Positions 36,870 through 46,645 of a DNA stretch of 46,645 bases are shown here, piece by piece. The position numbers were made by a program, and so were the translations under genes. Each line of letters starts with the position of its first letter. The first letter of the stretch is position 1. The stretch comes from Octopus bimaculoides. Lineage: Eukaryota. Under the pieces are notes generated by a model. That model ran no database searches. It was not told where the DNA came from and saw only the letters and a program-made list of their open reading frames with translations. The DNA lies in the NCBI RefSeq assembly GCF_001194135.2, contig NC_068983.1:113805010-113851654 (forward strand). The letters are read 5' to 3'.

Positions 36870-37770
36870 GCTTCTTTCGTTTTTTCCTTTTCTCCAACAA
36901 TTCTGAAACTACATTACACCCAATAATATCAACATATTAGTATCTCTAATATTTTCATAGGTGATCTTATCGACCTCATTTCTGTTGGAAAAGGGGCTTC
37001 CATAACTATGCTTCCATACACTGTCTTTCAATTAGATAGCTCTAAGTTTTCCAGTTCTTTCATTTTTCACCTCAGTTTTGCAAATATTTCTAACTGAACT
37101 TTACCAAGGTTATTCACAAATACTCATTCTTTTTCTATGCTATTCCTTGCCCTTGTCTCTGCTGACAGCATTGTATTCTCCTGGCCGGCAACGAAGGCCT
37201 TATTATTCTGATTCTCTGAGGAATGATTGCCATCTGTCTCGTTTTGATATCTTAGTTCTTGCAATTGTCTATATTTCTTTAATTTCTAAGTCAGTGAAGT
37301 ATTTACCACTCTTGAAATACAATACTTGATCTGATAGCAGCTATTGTTCACTGGCTTTAAATATTCCTATATTATTCCAGATATCCTAAATTCTTTTTTT
37401 CGGAATCCTCGCTTCCTTAATTTAGTTCCTAGATAACATCTCATTACTATCTTCTTGATTCCCTTTTTCTACTTACCTTTTTGTACACCAGTGACAGGAT
37501 GATGACATTTTCAATGTTTCTGTGCATCAGAGTACCTACCGGGTGAAACCCTCGTCCGGAACTTCAGTCCCGTTCATACCGCTTTTTTGTTGAAATTAAC
37601 ATAACGCGCTCATGTGAGGATAGTGATTTTAAGGTTAAACTACGACGTGCTTTTTTTTCTAGGTTTTCCGAAACACCATTACCATACTATAAGTGTTACC
37701 AACCATAGCCAAAGAATCTTCTCTTTCACTCGCGCGAGACCCAGCCCCGGCAAGGACTAACTTGTTATTT
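36870..37770 (-). mobile_element. R4-clade 5' fragment F (5' UTR plus N-terminal domain), a different subfamily from D
   Basis: Minus strand reads KKIVMRCYLGTKLRKRGFRKKRI*DIWNNIGIFKASEQ*LLSDQV...KYFTDLEIKEI, the R4-type N-terminal pattern, and later NEVDKITYENIRDTNMLI. It is not in the supplied ORF track. The UTR boundary is uncertain. Confidence 0.65.
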
Positions 37771-37819
37771 TGTGATCTCGGAGTAATTATCATTAACATG
37801 AGTTTGGTTAATCATAATA

Positions 37820-38030
37820 ATCCCTTCTACTATAGGTACAAAACTTGAAATTTTGGGAGAGGGGCATAGTCTATTACATTGACCTCAGTGCTCGACTGGT
37901 ACTTGTTTTATCGACCTCGAAAGGATGAAACGCAAAGTTGACCTCGATGGGATTTGAACTTTCAATGTAAAGACTAATGCCGCCAAGTATTTTGTCCGGT
38001 GCGGTAACCATTCTGATAGCTCGCTGCATT
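37820..38030 (-). mobile_element. Family-2 SINE, diverged
   Basis: tcgacctcgaaaggatgaaacgcaaagttgacctcgatgggatttgaact core. Confidence 0.75.
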
Positions 38031-38039
38031 AATGGTTAA

Positions 38040-38245
38040 TTATAATCCTTTCTAATATAGGCACAAGGCTCAAAATTTTGTGGGAGGGGGCCAGTCGATT
38101 AGATCGACCCCAGAACGCAAGCAGGACTTAATTTATCGACCCTAAAAGGGTGAAAGCAAAGTCGACCTCGGTGGAATTTGAACACAGACGAAATACTGCT
38201 AAGCATTTCGCCCAGCGTGCTAACGTTTCTGCCAGCTCGCCGCCC
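38040..38245 (-). mobile_element. Family-2 SINE, tandem with the preceding copy
   Basis: Ends in tctgccagctcgccgcc, the reverse complement of the head ggcggcgagctggcaga at 41968. Confidence 0.8.
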
Positions 38246-38821
38246 TAAATGCTTGATTATAGTAATAGTAATAACAGAGTATGTATTTAACAGCGTATGT
38301 ATTTATATATGATAAGCACAATGAATTTCAACCACAAAGTAGGCACTTTAATGTTAAATGTTAAACGTATTAAATTCTTCACATATATGTCAATTAATAT
38401 ATGTGTATGTATGGAAAAAAGATGAGAGTGTTTTTGATTTCTCATCAACAAGTACTTCGCTAATAGATAAGTTTTATATTGAAGTTCAGCAGAACCTAAC
38501 AGAAAAAAAAGTACCTCAGCATCTGCTAGAAATTATCCAGATTTTTTGATTTTTTTCTTTGAATACTCCAGATCAACTAGAGTTTGGCAATTATTGCTGC
38601 CAAATAAATATATGTGAGATTTTACTTGTCACCTTTCTGAATATTGGTCTCATCATTATTTGACAGTGGCTGTCATAAATACACGCTTGAAATGGATAAA
38701 CTGTCAAGTTTTAATAAAACACGATAAGTGATATTTCGTTGCATTTTATTTTTGCTTGTTTGTTTGTGTTTGTTTGTTTTTGGAGGGAGGTGAGAAGGGG
38801 TCTTTTTTTTGTTATTGTGAG

Positions 38822-38986
38822 ACTTAGGCGCAAACATGGCTGTGTGGTAAGAAGCTTGCATCCACGCCACATGGTACCGGGTTCAGTCCTACTGCGTGGA
38901 AACTTGAGCAAGCGTCTGCTACTATAGCCTCGGGCCAACAAAAGCCTTTTGAGTGGATTTGACAAACAAAAACTGAAAGAAACCCA

Positions 38987-39052
<66 letters not shown>

Positions 39053-39225
39053 ACTTGTACCCCGCAACCCGCTTGACAACTGGTGTTGGTGTGTTTATGT
39101 CCCTGTAAATATGTGGCTCGGCAAAAGAGACGATAGAATAAGTATCAGGCTTAACAAAAAAATAAGTACTGGGGTCAATTCATTCGACAAAAAATTCTTC
39201 AAAGCGGTGCTTCAGCATAATAGTT
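38822..39225 (+). mobile_element. tRNA-derived SINE with internal (TG)n array (family 3)
   Basis: Head ggcgcaaacatggctgtgtggtaagaagc, B-box-like gggttcagtcc, CORE-like cttgagcaag, internal TG tract, and 3' part aagtactggggtcaattcattcgac. Confidence 0.75.
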
Positions 39226-39569
39226 TCATTCTTTGGAAATGTTGTCTAGGCACGTTTTAATAACACGGCTTGTGCTACTGAGGGCTCTGAGCACATAGCC
39301 AATACAGTTTACAAATCAGGACGCTAGAACAAGAGAAATCACGAGAAAAATACAAGGGAAAGCAGATGGGTGCAAAAAGTGGAATAGTGAAAAACAAACA
39401 GGCAAAGAAAACAAAAAAAATAGAGCCATATCCCCTTTGACCGTAAACTCATAATAAAGCTAGTTGTTGTAGAATAAATTAAAGGATAGGACTCCAAAGT
39501 CTGCGATACATTCTGCTCGAACCAACCGGTGGTGTCCTCCAATTCGCCAAAACAAATTTGTCTATATGT

Positions 39570-39730
39570 TCGCATTTGCTGAAAATTTATGATCTGGAAT
39601 TCGGCAGTGCGGTGGAATTCTTAGATCTAAAACGAATATGCGATGCGATCTTTCAGTTACGCATAAGGTGCATTTCTTAGATACATTAACATTTGGCATG
39701 GATTTTTCTGCGATTTTCCACTTGGTTGCT
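39570..39730 (-). mobile_element. Penelope-like C-terminal fragment, second lineage
   Basis: KWKIAEKSMPNVNVSKKCTLCVTE...CRIPDHKF matches the W-x-I...K-C-x-L-C-x-x-E-K...C-R-H...K-F tail of PLE GIY-YIG domains. Confidence 0.55.
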
Positions 39731-40314
39731 CGTGGCGCAGAGTCAAAGATTAAAGCAAACAAAAGAATACAAGAACTATGTGTGCGCGCGCGCGTATATG
39801 TGGATTTCGATTGGTAATATTTTGGTTGGGGGGACTCTGCCTCCCTCCAACCAACCTTCCATACTGTCCCTTAAGATAGCAAACATTCCTTAGCTACACA
39901 CAAGAGATAAAGTCAGAAAAGTCAGTTATTCCTCAACAATTTTTTGGGAAATTCTTAAATATATCTCCTTCTGTGTATACATATATATNNNNNNNNNNNN
40001 NNNNNNNNNNNNNNNNNNNNNNNNNNNNNNNNNNNNNNNNNNNNNNNNNNNNNNNNNNNNNNNNNNNNNNNNNNNNNNNNNNNNNNNNNNNNNNNNNNNN
40101 NNNNNNNNNNNNNNNNNNNNNNNNNNNNNNNNNNNNNNNNNNNNNNNNNNNNNNNNNNNNNNNNNNNNNNNNNNNNNNNNNNNNNNNNNNNNNNNNNNNN
40201 NNNNNNNNNNNNNNNNNNNNNNNNNNNNNNNNNNNNNNNNNNNNNTAAAATTGCATTTTCAAACCTTCTTTCATATATATTTCCACTCGTGCGGTACCTT
40301 ACAACTTTACTTTG

Positions 40315-40407
<93 letters not shown>

Positions 40408-40509
40408 TAGATAGATAGATAGATATATGTAAGTATGTATGTATGTATGTATATATATATATATACACACACAAACACACACACATAGAGAGAGGAGGAG
40501 GAGGAGGAG

Positions 40510-40545
<36 letters not shown>

Positions 40546-41364
40546 CGTATGTTACCCAAAGTTTTCGACCATATTCACTGTTTAAATTCCAGTTGCATTA
40601 TGCTGTCTTTTCCTGTATTGTCTATTCAGTTTTTATTATGTATACATGTATTACACTCTTTTCTTTTGTTTCTTGCCATAAGCTTCGATTAGTCACCAGA
40701 ACTTTTTCCGGGATTCTATTACTTCTTCCGCTGTTTGCGATATTTTCTAATTCAAGATATTGTTAATTACATTTAATATCTTTTTTTTTTAATTCCGAAA
40801 TATAAAATATTTTATTTCGGTTATTTATTGTTTTTTAAGCCAATTTATCTTCAAGATTTTGCTCTAGGAATTTGCTTCTCCAAGTTGGAAATTTATTCTT
40901 AGCTTTCTATTTCCTCTCTTGTACTGGCTTTTATTTCTTTTTTTTTATACTTTTAATCTACTTTTATTTATATGCTTTCGTTAATTTATTTCCCAACCGA
41001 TTCTGATTTTTCTTTACTTTTTACAAAATCCTATTTTGCTTCTTTGATTTTGATCTCAACTTTTACTTTTAGTATATGGACTGTTGTACAAATTAGGTGA
41101 ATTATACTGCTTTTTATCAATTTCATTTTCTTCTGTTGTTGCAAATATTGTAATGTGTCGGTACTTCCATCATGTTCTATTTTGAATGCTAAATGGTGTC
41201 AGGTCCGTTTGTAAGGTTCTTTCATTTGACATACATACTACTTCTTTGAAAATTTTAATTTAATATTTGGTTGAATAACGTCCAATTGTAGTTACTGTTA
41301 TTACTTTATTTTCACATTTTATGTTGGCGTAGATAATTAAACTTGATCTATAGTATCTGTCTGG

Positions 41365-41736
41365 GGAGGCGCAATGGCCCAGTGGTTAGGGCAGCGGACT
41401 CGCGGTCATAGGATCGTGGTTTCGATTCCCAGACCGGGCGTTGTGAGTGTTTATTGAGCTAAAACACCACGAGGCTCCGGCAGGGGATAGTGGCGAACCC
41501 TGCTGTACTCTTTCGCCGCAACTTTCTCTTACTTTTACTTCCTGTTTCTGTTGTACCTGTATTTCAAAGGGGCCAACCTTGTCACACTGTGTCACGCTGA
41601 ATATCCCCGAGAACTACGTTAAGGGTACACGTGTCTGTGGAGTGCTCAGCCACTTGCACGTTAATTTCACGAGCAGGCTGTTCCGTTGATCGGATCGACT
41701 GGAACCCACGACGTCGTAAGCGACGGAGTGCCAACA
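41365..41736 (+). mobile_element. tRNA-derived SINE (family 1, copy 3), full length
   Basis: A-box tggcccagtgg, B-box ggtttcgattccc, and 12-bp TSD atagtatctgtc (41350-41361 / 41737-41748). Confidence 0.93.
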
Positions 41737-41967
41737 ATAGTATCTGTCAACTATATTTATAATTCACTAAATTTATCAACGACGATATCTATCATAAGTC
41801 AGGAACTTGATGGCGGAGAATAGTCGATTCAAGTGAGCTCATACAGTACTTGACGAGTACTTATTTCATCGAATAATGAAAGAAAGGGTGTGGATTCAAA
41901 TTATAAAGGGACGTAACTAAATACCACAAGACAATCGCAGATCGACCGATAGTACCCACTTCTAGAA

Positions 41968-42194
41968 GGCGGCGAGCTGGCAGAATCGTTAGCCGGGCGA
42001 AATGCCTAGTGGTATTTCGTCTGCCGTTATGTTCTGAGTTCAAATTCCGCCGAGGTCCACTTTGCCTTTCATCCTTTCGGGGTCGATAAATTAAGTACCA
42101 GTTACGCACTGGGGTCGATGTAATCGACTTGATCCGTTCGTCTGTCCTTGTTTGTTCCCTCTATGTTTAGCCCCTTGTGGGCAATAAAGAAATA
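41968..42194 (+). mobile_element. Family-2 tRNA-derived SINE, full length
   Basis: Head ggcggcgagctggcagaatcgttag, gagttcaaattcc, core gcctttcatcctttcggggtcgataaattaagtaccag, and 14-bp TSD agtacccacttcta (41951-41964 / 42195-42208). Confidence 0.9.
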
Positions 42195-42963
42195 AGTACC
42201 CACTTCTAATCCATTAGTATTCCTTTTAGTCTGTTGTTCTCTTTGTTTCTTTTAAGGGTATTCCTTCAAATTTTAGCACAAATGAATTTTGACCTCAAGC
42301 CAAAATTCTTTCAAATTTTGACACGGTCAGCAATTTTAGGAGAAGCCTCAGTGATTAATTGATTTTTATTATATCGACCACAGAAGGATGAAAGGCAAAG
42401 CCAACCTCGTCCAAATTTGAGCACAATACAACTCTGCCTGCTAGCCGCCTCCTTTCAGGTATATAATGATCGTGATATGGTGCTCTTCTCTATGCTTCAT
42501 TTTAAACAGGATGTTTTTTTTTAAGCTTGCACACTTTGTAAATGTAACATTCTAAAGAGTTCACATTAACTTCAAATAATACTTAACTTCTTGCTTTTCG
42601 TTGGGTTTTTCTTTTAATTTTTTTTCTTTTTTGGCTTATATTTTGTTTTGCTTTTTTTACGTTTTTTTTGGTGGGGTGGGTTGTAATCACTGAGTCGGAA
42701 GAAAATGGGCACCAACTATTTCAGCTTCATAGAAAAAATGTTCCCCTGATATCAGCAGGAACTCCAATCAGTATAAAAACAACATCGAAGCGAAAACACT
42801 ATGGAATTTTTTTAATATTCCCAGCCAACCGGACAACACATAAATACAGTAATAATTCGAAGATCAAAGAAATACTTCGTATACATTTGATCGAACGATA
42901 GTTTGAAGCAAACTGAGACCACGTTACCAGAACAAATGTGATACAGTCCTATCTGTGCGCACA

Positions 42964-43004
<41 letters not shown>

Positions 43005-43282
43005 TAGTCTCTTATTTTCTCATTAACCTCTCAGCAGAGAGGTTAAATAGAAATTAGAACAAAGATCTGTCACACTGTCACTTGAAATGCAAAAAAGAGC
43101 AACAAAATATCCTTCGAATCACACTTTACCTTGCTAAAAAAAGCAAAATGCACGACTAGAATATTTTTGATCTTAAGTGAACTCGATCAAAATTGTCCCA
43201 CAGTTAAACAACCAAATCAACAACAACAACATCTCTGGCTAGTTTCTTCTAGCACTTTCTGAAGACGCTTTATTAATAACGC

Positions 43283-43329
<47 letters not shown>

Positions 43330-43330
43330 T

Positions 43331-43463
43331 TATGAAGGGCATCCAGCTGTAGAAATTCTGCCAAATCAGATTGGAGTCTGGTGTAGCCATCTGGTTTCAC
43401 CAATCTTCAGTCAAATCGTCCAACCCATGCTAGCATGGAAAGCGGACGTTAAACGACGATGAT
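43331..43463 (+). mobile_element. 3' end of a retroposon with an RTE-like tail
   Basis: aagggcatccagctgtagaaa...aacccatgctagcatggaaagcggacgttaaacgacgatgat, ending in a (GAT)-type tail. Confidence 0.6.
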
Positions 43464-43902
43464 ACACACACACACACACACACACACACATCTGTCAATA
43501 GATTATTACACACAAAATATACGCATGCATACATACAAATACAAAATTGTATGCACAAATTATATATAAAATGAAAGTGTTTCGTAATCTTTTATGAATT
43601 AATGGGTCGCCTATGAAAGCTGAGATAGTTTTATCAGTGTTTAGATTGTTTTGTAAGATCTTGAAACTTGTCACTTTCTTTTTATTACTAATAAAGAAGC
43701 TGTCCTTCACTCTATTTTATTTTCTTATATTCTCTTTCTTCAATGAGGGAGCGAGGGTGGTTGACTAGAGAAAGGTAGGTAGAGAGAAAAAGACAGTGTG
43801 AGAGAAGGAAAAGACAAATAGAGGAAAAACAATGACTTGAAACAACGTGATTAATCTTTCGCTTTTCACAGTGGTTTTAATTCAAATGATGACCATGTTC
43901 AT

Positions 43903-44290
43903 GTTCATGTTGTTGGCACTCCGTCGCTTACGACGTCGAGGGTTCCAGTTGATCCGATCAACGGAACAGCCTGCTCGTGAAATTAACGTGCAAGTGGCTG
44001 AGCACTCCACAGACACGTGTACCCTTAACGTAGTTCTCGAGGATATTCAACGTAACACAGTGTGACAAGGCTGGCCCTTTGAAATACAGGTACAACAGAA
44101 ACAGGAAGAAAGAGTGAGAGAAAGTTGTGGCGAAAGAGTACAGCAGGGTTCGTCACCATCCCCTGCAGGAACCTAGTGGAGCTTTAGGTGTTTTCGCTCA
44201 ATAAACATTCACAACGCCCGGTCTGGGAATCGAAACCGCGATCCTATGACCACGAGTCCGCTGCCCTAACCACTGGGCCATTGTGCCTCC
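43903..44290 (-). mobile_element. tRNA-derived SINE (family 1, copy 4), full length
   Basis: Reverse complement of copy 3, with a 10-bp TSD ccatgttcat (43893-43902 / 44293-44302). Confidence 0.92.
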
Positions 44291-45209
44291 ACCCATGTTC
44301 ATAATAATAAGTGTATAAACACATTTTGTTTGTATTTGTAATTATGCTTTCATTGTTTAAAAAAAAAAACTGAAACAACATTTCAAACTTTCCGAAAGAA
44401 AAACCGTATTATTTTAATGATTTCATTGTTGAATATATGATAGTTTCTTTGTTAGTTAGTGTCGCATACTTTCGTTGAACAAGCTGACGTTTCACAGTCC
44501 CAGTATTTTTCTTTCTGCATTTTATTCAGAAAGTTGTTTTTCTTTATTTACCATTTCAAAGGGATTTTATTATAAACAGTATTCAACTGGATTCTACATA
44601 TTAATGGAGTTTAAAATATTGTGAAATACATCATAACCATTCTTTCTAAAATGGCTTGCCATAACTCCATTTAAATAATTCGAGACCAAGAAATGTCTTT
44701 TTTAACAGTCTTATGAAAGAAAGACAAATCTATATTTCTTGGGGAAATGTCTTCCCAATGTAATTTGATGGGATGCGTGTCATGTAGAAATTCCATCTTA
44801 TAAATTAATTTCAAGTTCTAAACTGACATAATAATGCAAAAATTTGCTTGTGACATTCTAAATAAAAAGAAAAAGTAGTTTAAATAATGCAAGATAAAAC
44901 TCATTAAAATTATGTTTCCAAGAATGAAACTAACAATGGAAAATAATTTGACTGTAAAAAACAACAATGCCTTGAAGTCAATAGCTTAATTATATAATTT
45001 ATCAAGTGTTGTTCGTTACATTTAGTAAAATTTAATTTTCACTATATCTTAGAATTTACTGATCTCTTTCAAATGGAATCTTCAGTCAGAGTAGAGTCTT
45101 AGTTACATATTTCATTTAAATACTCAGTTATGTGTGCATACATATATACAGAGAAACAGACAGACAGTAATATCAGCGCTAAGCCGTGATGAGAAATAAA
45201 CAAACCTTA

Positions 45210-45830
45210 AGTTAGCTAAAATATGTGACATATTTTGAATTCTAAAGGTAAATTCACTGCATTTATGGTGCAGCAAAAAAATTCTCGCTTGCGGTAAAAT
45301 ATGTAAAACACAATATCTGCTCAGCTTTTCCTATCTTTAAAAGGTGAAGAGCCAGACACACGTCTCAAAGTCGGCTGTGGGGAAACACTGAGCAGATACG
45401 GTGTTTGTTTGTTTTGTTTGTTTTGTTTTTTTTTTCACTTTTTACCATAAACGGTAAAATTGTCTTTAGAATTCAAATTAGTCACAAACATTTTTTAAAC
45501 TAATCTGAAGTGCCTTTCATCATGGCTGAGCGTTACTACTATGTATTTATTCTGACCAGGCGGGACCCAAGGGCAATCAGATAACGATATTGATTGTTCT
45601 AATATAAAACTACGGCTTTAGAATATTCTCAGAGTTGTCTCTTTTCAGTATCTCCTACTGAGAAAGGCTAGGGAACAAGAAATTTATCTGGCTACCAGCT
45701 AGAGGGAGACACTAAATAGATATCTTGTTTTCACACTTTTTACACCAAGCGAGAATTTTTTTCTCTGCGTTAACTGCAGTAAATTTGCCTTTAAAAGTTA
45801 AAATGTCAAAGATATTTCTACTAACCAAGA
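45210..45830. repeat. Three related units of about 120 bp (one forward, two reverse) forming a fold-back structure
   Basis: tttgaattctaaag at 45234 is inverted at 45463-45476, and tatctgctcag at 45314 is inverted at 45388. The segment aaaaaattctcgcttg is inverted again at about 45737-45752. Confidence 0.7.
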
Positions 45831-46611
45831 GATCGTACATGTATATTTATAAGTACATGAATGAATATTAAACTGATTCTATGTAATCTTTCCTTTTTAA
45901 TGTTGAAAATGTATATATATATANNNNNNNNNNNNNNNNNNNNNNNNNNNNNNATATATATACACACATTTTACCAATTTTGGTTATATCATTTTTGATA
46001 ATCTTAAATTTTATCTTTATACAACATAACAATATTGTTTATAAACAATCACCCATAGTACCCCATGATAAAATTTCCTCTGTATTAACATAGGTTTTAT
46101 TAGCGTCTTGCCCCTTTAACTGGTAATTAACATCATGATTTAGGGTCCTCCCCCACCCGCCTTTATAGACAGTTACTTTATACCCAATTTACTACTAATA
46201 TATTGACAATATTAATGACCACACCTAGCCATGAGCTGTCAACTCACTCTTGCCCTTCATTCCAAACATAGTCCTCTAGCCTTAGATTTAATAGTTGATT
46301 AAAAGACAAATAAATTAGAAATGAACCACAATCTTTTACAAGCTATGAGCCAAGTAAGCTTCATGCCTTTCTTGGAAGTGTAGTATATTCTTAGCTACAA
46401 TAGCGACAACATGAATTTCTTCCATCTTATTGCTCTGTTAAAGTATCTGAGTAAAATTATATTAATGTGTCCGACTGATTAAAATTCTATTTATTTGTGC
46501 AGTTGATGATAGCCTTGCATTTAAATTGATGTAACGATTGCATTGTTCAATTAAATGGATCCACTTGAAACGGTCATATTGTATCACTTCTTGGTAACCT
46601 GTTGCTTATTT

Positions 46612-46645
<34 letters not shown>

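Larger units (their letters stand above)
3870..45953. other. Ten assembly gaps: 3870-3986, 7392-7978, 8984-9426, 15205-15765, 17754-17908, 24846-24944, 29929-30476, 31070-31663, 39989-40245, 45924-45953
   Basis: Runs of N, most flanked by (AT)n or (TG)n. All X-containing ORFs in the track are artefacts of these gaps. Confidence 0.99.

Noticed and set aside
7249-40286. Long ORFs containing X runs
   Set aside because: They are open only because N-gaps contain no stop codons.
40600-41340. Purine-rich minus-strand stretch suggestive of an old LINE/PLE ORF
   Set aside because: No diagnostic motif could be recovered.
41365-41440. tRNA gene-like sequence
   Set aside because: It is the head of a SINE with body, tail and TSD, and lacks a complete cloverleaf.
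43392-43411. CUGAAGA-uuggu-GAAAC on the minus strand
   Set aside because: No stem II or stem I pairing; it is part of a retroposon tail.
1-46645. CRISPR arrays, rRNA, operons or other prokaryotic systems
   Set aside because: No regularly spaced repeat-spacer units or dense ORFs; the sequence is eukaryotic repeat-rich DNA.

Overview
AT-rich eukaryotic genomic DNA, largely intronic or intergenic, dominated by microsatellites, ten N-gaps and decayed transposons. The tRNA-derived SINE families look like those I recall from octopus, so a cephalopod source is likely; this is an inference. No complete protein-coding gene is visible. Most ORFs in the supplied track are microsatellite or gap artefacts, or antisense shadows of transposon fragments. 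Supported content: six fragments of R4/Dong-clade (REL-endonuclease) non-LTR retrotransposons, an RTE-type LINE 3' half, four to five Penelope-like fragments, a mariner with both TIRs, a DD37D (maT) fragment, a hAT Charlie/Buster-like fossil, probable non-autonomous Helitrons and many SINEs, five with intact target-site duplications. Most notable observations: (1) a cluster of R4-like elements tied to (CATA)n microsatellites, including a copy nested in the CATA tract of another copy's own 3' UTR; (2) a perfect 65-bp inverted repeat and other fold-back elements; (3) two phase-compatible candidate exons of an unidentified minus-strand gene; (4) an unidentified in-frame duplicated module near 28.2-28.6 kb. 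I see no firm evidence of a wholly new system. Coordinates of decayed elements are approximate.
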